From contig NC_000917.1 of assembly GCF_000008665.1 (NCBI RefSeq), positions 1,050,001 to 1,082,000 of the forward strand: a stretch of 32,000 nt of DNA. The letters run 5' to 3'. The DNA comes from Archaeoglobus fulgidus DSM 4304 (GTDB lineage Archaea > Halobacteriota > Archaeoglobi > Archaeoglobales > Archaeoglobaceae). Shown here in pieces: positions 1 through 8,601 of this stretch; position 1 is the first letter of the stretch, and every line of letters starts with the position of its first letter. Both the position numbers and the translations under genes were made by a program. The notes below the pieces were generated by a model. It was not told the origin of the DNA. It worked only from the letters and a program-made list of their open reading frames with translations, and did not search any database.

Positions 1-116
1 GAGAGAGTACTGAGGGGGAATATGCTCAAAAGAGGCAGAGGCGGCAATGGTTAGGTTCTGATGGGGACATACATGCAGTACAACATGGGCCTGAGGCCCG
101 AGAAAGTTATGAGGGA

Positions 117-1227
117 GTGGAGGCTGTGATAGCGGTTATCGGCGCGGGAACGATGGGGGCGGCGATTGCCTTGCTTTTCGCCAACGCAGGCTTTGAGGTT
201 ACGCTTGTGGACAAAAGCAGGGGAGCTCTCAGAAGGGCTGAGGATAGGCACAGAGGGGAAAGCTTGGAAGAGCTTGAGGAGGCAGGGTTGAGGAAGCAGG
301 ATAATCCAGCATCTTTGATAACCTACACGACCGAGCTGAGGGTTTATGAGTGCGATTTTATTGTTGAGGCAATAGTGGAAAGGCTTCGGGATAAAATTGA
401 GCTCTTCAGAAAAATTGAGGAGATAAACAGCCCGGCAGTTCTCGCAACAAACACCTCAAGCTTCATGCCGTCCGAGATTGCAAGACATCTCGCAAATCCA
501 GAAAGGCTGACGCTATTCCATTTTTCCAACCCTCCCATCCTTATGCCCCTCGTCGAGGTTGGTGGGGAGATTGTTTCTGACGAAACGGTTGAGAGGGCCG
601 TTGAGATGGCAAAGTCCATAGGCAAGGAGCCCGTGGTTTTAAGGAAGGAGTGCAGGGGGCATGTTTTGAACAGAATGCTCGCTGCTGCTGGTGTGGCGGT
701 TGGGTACTGTCTGCTTTACAGCAGGCCGGAGGAGATTGACGCTGCACTGAGAAACCTCGGCATGAGGTACGGCTTTTTCGAAACTATCGACCTCATAGGC
801 CTTGATGTTGCAAAGGACGTCCTTGAGAGCTTCAGGGAGTACTATGGGGATAAGTACAGGGGAATCAGAGCAATGGACTTCTTCATGGAGAAGATGGTCG
901 AGTGGGGTAAGCTTGGAAAGAAGAGCGGTGAGGGGTTCTATAAGTGGGATGGGAGAAGGGCGAGCATCCCGGAAAGCCAATCCTGCGGATGTAACACCAC
1001 TCGTTGCCGCAATTGTCAACGAGGCGTTCAGAATCGTGGAGGACGGGATTGCTGAAGAGGAGATTGTAAACAGAGTTTACAGGCTGGCAACGAACGCGCC
1101 CTACGGTATAATTGATGCAGCCGAGCTACTTGGATACCAGTGCTTGATTGAGGCTCTGGACGATGCCTTCAATAAGACAGGCCTCGAGGTTTTCAGACCG
1201 TGCAAGACGCTAAGGAGTAAGGCTTAA
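117..1227 (+). pseudogene. hbd: 3-hydroxyacyl-CoA dehydrogenase, reading frame broken by an apparent 1-nt insertion near 951-975
   Basis: The N-terminal Rossmann motif VIGAGTMGAAIA and the HFSNPP motif lie in ORF 117..1055. After GEGFYKWDG that frame turns to Cys/Arg-rich nonsense. The conserved C-terminal domain (KANPADVTPLVAAIVNEAFRIVEDGIA...) continues in the +1 frame, ORF 802..1227. The GTG start at 117 is uncertain. Confidence 0.7.
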
Positions 1228-1250
1228 TTTTTTTGAACCAATTTTACCGC

Positions 1251-1571
1251 ATGGAGGAGCTTTTAGACATTCTGAGGGAGTTCAGGGATTCGAGGGGATG
1301 GCTTAAATACCACACTCCCAAGAATCTCGCCGTTTCAATCTCGATTGAGGTTGCTGAGCTTCTTGAGATTTTCCAGTGGACTCGCAGCAGCGATGAGGAG
1401 TTTGAGGTTCTGGAAAGGAGAAAGGGCGAAGTTGAGGAGGAAATTGCAGACGTGCTGATTTACCTCCTCTTTCTCTGTGACGTTGCCGAAATAAACCCGA
1501 TAGAGGCGGTGAAGAGAAAGATGGAGAAGAACGAGAGGAAGTATCCGAAGAACAGAGTTCACGAGTTCTGA
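1251..1571 (+). CDS. MazG-like nucleotide pyrophosphohydrolase (dCTP pyrophosphatase/DCTPP1-like)
   Basis: FRDSRGWLKYHTPKNLAVSISIEVAELLEIFQW and EEEIADVLIYLL match the all-alpha MazG/DCTPP1 EExxE/D signature. The ATG at 1251 is preferred over the upstream TTG at 1233. Confidence 0.75.
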   Translation: MEELLDILREFRDSRGWLKYHTPKNLAVSISIEVAELLEIFQWTRSSDEEFEVLERRKGEVEEEIADVLIYLLFLCDVAEINPIEAVKRKMEKNERKYPKNRVHEF

Positions 1572-1633
1572 TGCTTTTCCCGTAAAATCAAAAATTCGAC
1601 AACAGTTATTAACCAGCCCGCCAACTGAATCCC

Positions 1634-2581
1634 ATGCTCCCGGACGTTCAGCTTTTGAAGCCCGAAGTTCCCATAGGACTCAGCAGAGTTGGTGCTACGG
1701 GCATAAAGAAGCTTGTGGAGGTTCAGAGGGAGGGAAAAAGGCCCATCATCCTTATCTCCACCTTCGACGTTTTCGTTGACCTTCCCGCTCATCTCAAAGG
1801 CGTCAATCTTAGCAGGAACTTTGAGGTTATAGACGAGGTTCTCGAAACCCTCACCGCAAAACCGATAGAGAACATCGAGGACTTGGTTGTGGAGATAGCC
1901 GACCACCTTCTCAAAAGGCACGAGTACGCAACGAAGGCGGAGGCGAGGATGAACTCAGAGCTCATAATGAGAAAGAGAACTCCCAAAACTGGGCAGAGAA
2001 CTCAAGAGGTCGTGAAGATTTTCGGTGAGGCCACGCTGGGCAGGGATGGGAGCAAGGTCATAATGGTCGGTGTGGAGGTTACGGGAATCACAGCCTGCCC
2101 CTGCGCTCAGGAACTCGTGAAGGCAAGCTCCGCAGAGAGATTGGCAAAAATGGGGTTTGACGAGGAAACAATTCAGAAAATACTCGACGCCATACCTGTA
2201 GCCACCCACAACCAGCGCGGCAGGGCAACGCTGAAGGTTCAGGTCACGGACAGCTTTAAGGTTCCAATAGCCAAGCTGATTGATGTTGCAAAGTCCTCGA
2301 TGAGCTACGAAACCTACGAGATTCTGAAGAGGGAGGACGAGCTTGCCGTTGTTGAGGCGGCTCACAGAAACACAAGGTTCGTGGAGGATGGTGTGAGGTA
2401 CATGGCGATGGAGCTGCTGAAAACCTTTCCAAACGCTCCCGATGACATCCTCGTGTTTCTGAGACAGGAGAACGAGGAGAGCATTCATCAGCACAACGTC
2501 GTGGCGGAGAGGTTTGCCACCTTCGGGGAGTTGAGGAATGAAATTGGCTCTCCTGATGCTTCTGGCAGCAGCGCTGATTGA
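1634..2581 (+). CDS. mptA: GTP cyclohydrolase MptA / FolE2 (type IB) family
   Basis: The length is about 315 aa. The motif [10 protein letters not shown] and overall resemblance to COG1469/FolE2-MptA proteins are recalled from memory, not searched. Confidence 0.65.
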
Positions 2582-3842
2582 GGTCTATCCAAACCCCTAC
2601 GGACTGGATGATGCCGAATACGTAAAGTTCCGCTGCAACTCCAGCTGTCTGCTTACGGACGGAGAGGGCTGGGTTGAAGCCGGGCCCGGAACGCATATCG
2701 CAGCTAAGAATCTCAGCTACTTCGAGGAGAGGTTTGGCTACAGGGCAGACGTTCAATTCTCCCCACAAATGGCCCTCTCCAACAGCGGAGAGGAGGTTTG
2801 CGTTGAGGACGCGGAGGGAAAGGACTGCTTTTACTACGGCAAGGACATTAAATTCCTCGATGATGGTGTAATCTACTACAGAACCGCCTCAGGCTGGGAT
2901 TTCCGCTACGAGGACTGGAGCAACTTTTCCTGCCTTACCGAGGTTGTTGAAGGTCAGCTTATCCTAACGCCGTCGGACTTCACCCTCGATGACGGGTGGG
3001 TTGTGGCTTCCTACACCTTCCACGCACCCTTCAGCCCTTCAAAGCTCTTCGTGGATGCGAGAACCGATAGACCTTGCAGGGAGTTCGAAACAGACACGGT
3101 TTTCCTCTCAGCCCCCTCATATCGAAACTTCCACTACAAGTTCGCCGTGAAGGGCGATAAGGTGGTAATCACAACCGAGAACTGGCAGTTCAGCAAGAGA
3201 GGCTTTGTAGTGCTGTTTGAAAATCACAACGTCTCGGAAATGCTCCAGAACCTTCTCAGGAACGATGAAAAGTACAGAACAAGCGTTTCAAAAACTTGCT
3301 CCAACTGGACTTACAGGAATGGTGCGGACGGTAGAACCTTGACCTTCAAAGCCCCAATCACGGTTTTTATCCTGCCCGACTGCAATCCTGTGCTAAAATT
3401 CATATCCTCCGCCAGAGAGAGGCTGCTAATAATAGCCCCCTACATCGACTTCAGGTGGTACAAGGATGACGGCCTTCTCGAGGCCATAAAGGGGGCAAAG
3501 GAGAGCGGAGCCGAGGTAAAGGTTGTTCTGAACGCAAAGTACGCTAAGGAGGAGGCTGTGAGCACTCTCAGAAAAGAAGGTGTGAAGGTTGAGCTTATCG
3601 ATAATCTCCATGGAAAGGCCATCGTTTCCGACAAAAGGCTGCTGATAACTTCCGCAAACATGAACATGCACGGCCTGAAGCTGAACAGGGAGATCGGGGT
3701 TATAATTAACAACCCCGAAATGGCGGATGCAGTTATAAAAGAGTTTGAAGGCGGTGAGGTAACACCCTTAGATTTGTTGTTAACCTTCGCAGCTTTTCTC
3801 GCCTCGGTTGCTATTTTCAGAAAAATGAAGGATAAGTTTTAA
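2538..3842 (+). CDS. Secreted/membrane-anchored phospholipase D (HKD) superfamily protein with an uncharacterised N-terminal domain
   Basis: There is an N-terminal signal-like [17 protein letters not shown] single HKD motif, [19 protein letters not shown], sits near the C-terminus. A C-terminal TM plus basic tail ([22 protein letters not shown]) follows. The gene overlaps the mptA 3' end by 44 nt. Confidence 0.7.
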
Positions 3843-3877
3843 TTATCACCTATGAGAAAATAAAGTGAGGTGTCAGA

Positions 3878-4513
3878 ATGGGATTGATGCTCGCCCTAAG
3901 GAAGAGATTCGGATTCATTCTGAAGCTGTTCTTCAAGAAAGACAAGATGAGGATAGGTATTTACGGCCCTCCAAATGCTGGCAAAACCACGCTTGCAAAC
4001 AGGATTCTGAGGGACTGGACGGGAGATGTCATCGGCTCGCCGAGCGATGTACCGCACGAGACAAGAAGGGCCAAGCTCAGGGAGGGTGTTAAGATAGAGG
4101 TTGACGGAAAGACGCTAACCATCGACATTGTCGACACGCCCGGACTTGCGACGAAGATAGACTTTCAGGAGTTCCTGAAATACGGACTGGATGAGGAGGA
4201 GGCGAGGAGAAGAGCGAAAGAGGCTACTGAGGGTGTTATTGAGGCCATAAAGTGGCTCGACGACCTCGATGGCGTGCTTCTCGTGATGGACGCGACAGAG
4301 GACCCCTTCACTCAGGTGAATGTGACCATAGTGGGCAACATGGAGGCCAGAAACCTACCGCTGCTCATAGTGGCGAACAAAATAGATTTGCCAAACGCCT
4401 CACCGGCGAGGATAAAGTCGGCCTTCCCGCAGCACCCCGTCGTGCCGATTTCGGCTTTGAAGGGCATCAATATAGACTCGTTGTATAAAGCAATGGCCGA
4501 GAGGTTCGGGTGA
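3878..4513 (+). CDS. Small GTP-binding protein (Era/EngB-like P-loop GTPase)
   Basis: GTPase motifs are present: G1 GPPNAGKT, G3 DTPG, G4 NKID, G5 SAL. The SD-like GTGAGGTG lies 6 nt upstream of the ATG. Confidence 0.85.
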   Translation: MGLMLALRKRFGFILKLFFKKDKMRIGIYGPPNAGKTTLANRILRDWTGDVIGSPSDVPHETRRAKLREGVKIEVDGKTLTIDIVDTPGLATKIDFQEFLKYGLDEEEARRRAKEATEGVIEAIKWLDDLDGVLLVMDATEDPFTQVNVTIVGNMEARNLPLLIVANKIDLPNASPARIKSAFPQHPVVPISALKGINIDSLYKAMAERFG

Positions 4514-4533
4514 TGGGAATGGAAGGAGTTCAG

Positions 4534-4866
4534 ATGCACTTGATATCGAAAGAAATGCTTGAAAAGATGCCCTCAATGGAGAAGCTGAGGATGATTCTGG
4601 ACAATGTCAAGGAGGGAAAAATTGTTGTTCTCGAAACGGGCCTGACTCCAGAGGAGGAGGCCAAGCTGATAGAGATGACGATGCTTGAAATAGACCACGA
4701 GAACTTCATAGGCATTGAGGTTGAGTCGTATCCGGTAAGGGAGAGAGGCGTATTTTCGAAGCTATTTGGCAAGCCGAAAGGGAGGCTGACGGTTATAGGT
4801 CCTGCGAACAGGCTGAAAACACTCGAAAAGCAGGCTGACGTGATTAAGGCCCTCGTTCAGGTTTAG
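4534..4866 (+). CDS. Conserved archaeal protein (DUF2073-like), GTPase-associated
   Basis: The ORF 4510..4866 is coupled to the GTPase stop. GGAAGGAG lies 6 nt before the ATG at 4534, and alternative starts exist at 4510 and 4513. The family name is from memory. Confidence 0.55.
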   Translation: MHLISKEMLEKMPSMEKLRMILDNVKEGKIVVLETGLTPEEEAKLIEMTMLEIDHENFIGIEVESYPVRERGVFSKLFGKPKGRLTVIGPANRLKTLEKQADVIKALVQV

Positions 4867-4879
4867 AGGTTAGATTCCC

Positions 4880-5203
4880 ATGGCACACAGATGCACCAAG
4901 TGCGGAAAGCTGTACCCAACTGGAGATATGAGGTTACTCCAGGGCTGCGAGTGCGGAAACAACAAGTTCCTCTACGTTCCCGACGAGAAAAGGCCAGCAG
5001 AACCGGAGAAGGTTGAAGAGGAGATCAGGAAGGAGTTTACTGAGATGGGAATTGAGACCGTCAGAATTCTCTCTCCCGGAAGGTACGAGATCAACATAGA
5101 AAGGCTTCTGCAGGGTGAGGGAATCGTTATCGCTCTTCAGGAGGACGGAAGGTACGTTATCCACCTCCCCTCTTTATTGAAGAGAAAGAGGGTCGAGAAG
5201 TAG
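4880..5203 (+). CDS. Zn-ribbon protein (DUF2072-like)
   Basis: CTKCGK...x14...CECG forms a four-Cys ribbon at the N-terminus. It is the third gene of the GTPase trio. Confidence 0.6.
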   Translation: MAHRCTKCGKLYPTGDMRLLQGCECGNNKFLYVPDEKRPAEPEKVEEEIRKEFTEMGIETVRILSPGRYEINIERLLQGEGIVIALQEDGRYVIHLPSLLKRKRVEK

Positions 5204-5207
5204 TTAA

Positions 5208-5217
5208 TTTTAAATAA
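5208..5217 (+). promoter_or_regulatory. Candidate archaeal TATA box for the histidine kinase gene
   Basis: TTTTAAATAA is centred about 28 nt upstream of the ATG at 5241. Confidence 0.4.
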
Positions 5218-5240
5218 TCATTTGTATTAGGAGATGGGAA

Positions 5241-6611
5241 ATGGAATTCGACGCCAGCTTCTGGAGGAAAGTCGTGGACAAGTCATTGGCGGCCATTTAC
5301 ATTACAGATGAGAACGGCAAGGTTCTTTACGTCAATGATGTGGTGGAGAGGGCAACAAAGTACTCCAAGGAGGAGATTTACGCAATGGAGAGCATCTTTG
5401 AGCTCGCACATCCTGAAGACCGCCGATATCTTAAGAGGGAGTTTGAGGAGCTTGGAGAGGAGGGAAGATTTTACGAGTCTCGCTACATAACCAAGGACGG
5501 GAGGGTTAGGCACGTTTGGGGGTTTACCGCAAAGTTCACGTTTTTGGGGAAGAGTTACATCATAGGGAACTGGATTGACGTAACGAAGTCAAAAGAGCTT
5601 GAGCAGGCTTTAAGAGAGAGCGAGGAGTTCTACAGAACACTCGTTGAGGATTCTCTGACACCCGTTTACCTCTTGCAGGATGGGATAATGGTCTACGTCA
5701 ACAAGGCCTTCGAAGAGGCAACGGGCTACAAGAGAGAGGAAATCGTTGGTAGAAACCCCTTCTTCCTGATCCATCCCGAAGATAGGGGGCTGGTTTACAA
5801 GAGGTACATTGAAAGGGAAAAGGGTCTGCGAGACACAATGGAAACCTACAGCTGGAGGATAATAAGGAAGGACGGGGAAGTCAGGTGGGTAACCGCAAGG
5901 CCGGGAAGGGTTACGTACAGAGGTAGGCCAGCGGTTGCCGCCACCGTCGTTGACACGACAGAGATACACAAGCTCAACATAGAGCTCAAAAAGAAAGGAG
6001 AGTATCTTGCCTTCGTTAACAAGGTCATGAGGCACGATATTGCCAACGCAATCACAGCAATAAGGGCGGTGCTGGAGATAGTCAGGGACTCTCCAGAAGA
6101 GGCAGAAAAACTGATTCCCCTTGCAATCAGAAGGTCTGATTACGTGTTCAGGCTTATCAATGACGCGAGAGAGCTTGAAAAAGCTCTTGAAGAGCTCAAA
6201 CCTGTCAATGTTGCTGAGATGGTTAGAGAGGTGGCTGAGCAGTTCAGGAACGTTGAGGTGAGTGTTGAGGCAGAAAACGTGGTAGTGAGCGCCAATGAGG
6301 GGCTAAGGGCAGTTTTGAACAACATCCTGCAGAACGCAATGGTTCACGGGGGAGGGAAGGCCAGGGTCGAAGTTTTGGCGAACGAAAGGAATGGAATAGT
6401 GAGAGTTATTGACTACGGGAAAGGTGTTCCTGATGAGATCAAAGAGAAAATTTTCGAGGAGGGCTTCACCACCGGAGAGGGAATGGGGCTCGGCCTTTAC
6501 ATCACAAAAAGGATTCTCGAAATTTTTGGTGGAGAAATAAAGGTTAGAGACAACGAGCCAAGCGGAGCAATTTTTGAAATAAAAATACCGAAAATTAAAG
6601 AGGAAGGCTGA
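5241..6611 (+). CDS. Sensor histidine kinase with two PAS domains, cytoplasmic
   Basis: There are two PAS/PAC-like repeats (YITDENGKVLYVN..., YLLQDGIMVYVNKAFEEATGY...). Kinase motifs are the H-box MRHDIANAI, N-box NILQNAMVHG, G1 DYGKGVP and G2 GMGLGL. No TM segments and no adjacent receiver gene were seen. Confidence 0.9.
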   Translation: MEFDASFWRKVVDKSLAAIYITDENGKVLYVNDVVERATKYSKEEIYAMESIFELAHPEDRRYLKREFEELGEEGRFYESRYITKDGRVRHVWGFTAKFTFLGKSYIIGNWIDVTKSKELEQALRESEEFYRTLVEDSLTPVYLLQDGIMVYVNKAFEEATGYKREEIVGRNPFFLIHPEDRGLVYKRYIEREKGLRDTMETYSWRIIRKDGEVRWVTARPGRVTYRGRPAVAATVVDTTEIHKLNIELKKKGEYLAFVNKVMRHDIANAITAIRAVLEIVRDSPEEAEKLIPLAIRRSDYVFRLINDARELEKALEELKPVNVAEMVREVAEQFRNVEVSVEAENVVVSANEGLRAVLNNILQNAMVHGGGKARVEVLANERNGIVRVIDYGKGVPDEIKEKIFEEGFTTGEGMGLGLYITKRILEIFGGEIKVRDNEPSGAIFEIKIPKIKEEG

Positions 6612-6990
6612 GAGCCCTCGTCGGGCAGACCTTCACGCACGAGCCGCAGTGAACGCACTTCTCCGTGTTTATCGCTACTCTCTTGTCTCCGTTTATGTAT
6701 ATCGCCTCCGTCGGGCAGATGCTTACGCAGGCACCGCAGTGAACGCACTTCTCATCGTCCTTCTGAACTGCTTCGAGCAGCTCGATAACCTCTACCCCCT
6801 GCTCCTTAAGAAAGCTCTCCACCTCCTTTGCCTTTTCATCGTCAACCTCTATCAGAATCTCCCCTCTCCTCGCACCCACGGAAGCTCTGAGTATATTGAT
6901 TAGGGTTCCCGTTTTCAGGGTGGCTTTGGACAGCACAGGCTCCGTAACGGTTTTTGAGTCGAACCTCAGCAGCAGCTTCACGATTATCAC
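6595..6990 (-). CDS. NIL-domain / 2x[4Fe-4S] ferredoxin fusion (MA1822-type homocysteine biosynthesis partner)
   Basis: An N-terminal NIL-like region is followed by CVHCGACVSICP and CVHCGSCVKVCP. The GTG start overlaps the stop of the upstream COG1900 gene (GTGA). Confidence 0.8.
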   Translation of the reverse strand: MIIVKLLLRFDSKTVTEPVLSKATLKTGTLINILRASVGARRGEILIEVDDEKAKEVESFLKEQGVEVIELLEAVQKDDEKCVHCGACVSICPTEAIYINGDKRVAINTEKCVHCGSCVKVCPTRALSLPL

Positions 6991-8462
6991 CTCGCAATGA
7001 GCTTGCTCAAATCCTCGCTGGTCACTATTCCGAGCACCCTCTTTCTTGAATCGACAACAGGCAAAGCTGAAATGTTGTTTTGCTCCATTTTCCTCGCCGC
7101 AACCTCTACAGGCTCGTCAGGGTGGGTGTAGATGACGTTTCTCGTCATTATGCTCTTAACTGCACCCTTCCTGTTTCTGGCCACAGCTTTGGCGATGTCC
7201 CACGAAGTGATTATACCCACAAGCCTTCCCTCCTCAACCACCGGAATGTGGTTAATGCCCTTGTCCATCATTATTCTCGCCGCCTCCTCTATCGCCGTCT
7301 CCGGAGAGATCGTGTACGCCTCGACCATCACGCTCTTGACGACCTTAACCTCTCTCTGCCTCATCGGCTTGAATACCTCCTTGGTTGGAATTCTGTCAAC
7401 CGGAGCGGTTAGGAGAAATTCTCCCCTCTCGATCTGACGCTTGAGCTCCTTCATTATCTTCTCGGCCATGTAGAAGCTTGAGAGCGGAGAAACCCTCACC
7501 TCTTCGCCGTTAATCTCAACCCTACCGCTTATCAGCTCCTCGTAGGTCACCTTCCTAACAACAGGTCTGTCTCTCCTCGCAACACCGAAGTCGAGGATTT
7601 TGGTCTCTATCTCGCTATTTCTGACAGCCGTAAACTTGGCCATCTCTGCGTCGAGTATCGGGATTGGGATGCCTATGCCGACGAAAAGAGTAGCTCCGTA
7701 GCCGGGGAAGTACGCAGCCTTCATGTATTCAGGCTTCATCTCCTTGAGATTGCCCTTCACCATGAGGGTTCCGTAGGGCGGGGCGTGCTGAGTTCCCTCC
7801 CCGATAACGTAGCCTTTAGCCCCGCAGAGGAATATCCTCGTTCCTATGCCAATTGTGCGGTACTCAGGGTCGTTGTTCAGCGGGCTTATCTCACCGGTGC
7901 CAGCAAAGGTCACGTTGCCGAAGTTCGGCAGCAGGGTACCCATGTAAGTCCTGAGAAGCTTGTTGGAGCTGTTCGTTGCGGCATTGTAGCGCTGGTAAGC
8001 GTTTCTTGGATTTACCATGACCGCCTGATTAACGTCCTCAAGCGATACTTCAGTAACAATTTCCTTTCGCGGATAGCAGTCAGTGCCGTAGGCCGTTGCC
8101 TTCAGCTCAACCTCCCTGCCCTTAACAAGCTCCTCAATCACATGGCTCCCGCCGTACTCCTCAACGCTTTCTGAAAGCTGCGTTACTCCAAGATAAGCAT
8201 CAACAGCTGCAATGCCTGTGTAAGCCTCAACGTCGTTCATCCACACCCTTTGCATCTTTATCGGCGGGTCGGCATGACCAAAGTTGAAGAAGGCGCCGCT
8301 TGAGCACATCGCCCCGAAGGTTCCAGTTGTGACAACATCAACCTCCTTTGCGGCCTTCTCAGGTCCAAGCTCCTCTACAATATCCTTCATTTCGGCAGCG
8401 GTGACAACCACAACGTTCCCTTCCCTGATTTTCTGGTTGATCTCCTCAACGGTTTTGGCCAT
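6987..8462 (-). CDS. COG1900 (DUF39) domain protein with a C-terminal CBS pair (MA1821-type homocysteine biosynthesis protein)
   Basis: The protein is 491 aa. A large N-terminal domain is followed by two CBS-like repeats (VMVEAYTISPETAIEEAARIMMDKGINHIPVV; IMTRNVIYTHPDEPVEVAARKMEQNNISALPVV). It is paired with the NIL-ferredoxin. Confidence 0.8.
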   Translation of the reverse strand: MAKTVEEINQKIREGNVVVVTAAEMKDIVEELGPEKAAKEVDVVTTGTFGAMCSSGAFFNFGHADPPIKMQRVWMNDVEAYTGIAAVDAYLGVTQLSESVEEYGGSHVIEELVKGREVELKATAYGTDCYPRKEIVTEVSLEDVNQAVMVNPRNAYQRYNAATNSSNKLLRTYMGTLLPNFGNVTFAGTGEISPLNNDPEYRTIGIGTRIFLCGAKGYVIGEGTQHAPPYGTLMVKGNLKEMKPEYMKAAYFPGYGATLFVGIGIPIPILDAEMAKFTAVRNSEIETKILDFGVARRDRPVVRKVTYEELISGRVEINGEEVRVSPLSSFYMAEKIMKELKRQIERGEFLLTAPVDRIPTKEVFKPMRQREVKVVKSVMVEAYTISPETAIEEAARIMMDKGINHIPVVEEGRLVGIITSWDIAKAVARNRKGAVKSIMTRNVIYTHPDEPVEVAARKMEQNNISALPVVDSRKRVLGIVTSEDLSKLIAR

Positions 8463-8483
8463 GTAATGTGAAGTGGGCTGAGG

Positions 8484-8491
8484 TATATAAA
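8484..8491 (-). promoter_or_regulatory. Candidate BRE/TATA (AAAAGT-TTTATATA) for the COG1900 operon, implying a leaderless mRNA
   Basis: The minus strand reads AAAAGTTTATATACC. The TATA centre lies about 25 nt upstream of the ATG at 8462, and no SD lies between them. Confidence 0.5.
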
Positions 8492-8601
8492 CTTTTGTAA
8501 TGTTTGAGCTGCTTTAAATTACTGTTGGTAATCAAATTCTTAAGGATTGAGATAAGATTGAGCAAAGAAGTGTGATATAATAAAAATAATATTGCCAAGA
8601 A

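Noticed and set aside
1-54. Possible 3' end of an upstream plus-strand gene (frame 1 is open to the TAG at 52-54)
   Set aside because: Only 17 codons are visible, with no recognisable motif, so it cannot be supported.
945-980. Programmed ribosomal frameshifting as the explanation for the hbd frame break (and likewise for CoA-transferase B at 20095-20120)
   Set aside because: There is no slippery heptamer or obvious downstream structure. Both sites sit in short G/C homopolymers. An indel or sequencing error is the simpler explanation.
6616-6750. Two roughly 90-nt-spaced repeats, including the perfect 19-mer CCGCAGTGAACGCACTTCT and CGTCGGGCAGA
   Set aside because: They fall inside the NIL-ferredoxin CDS and encode its two CVHCGxCVxxCP cluster motifs. 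This is an internal ferredoxin duplication, not a regulatory or mobile repeat.
8545-8562. Short direct repeat GATTGAG x2 (11-nt period) in the spacer downstream of the AN1 gene
   Set aside because: It is too short and too AT-context-dependent to distinguish from chance. No matching copy was found at the other islet boundary.
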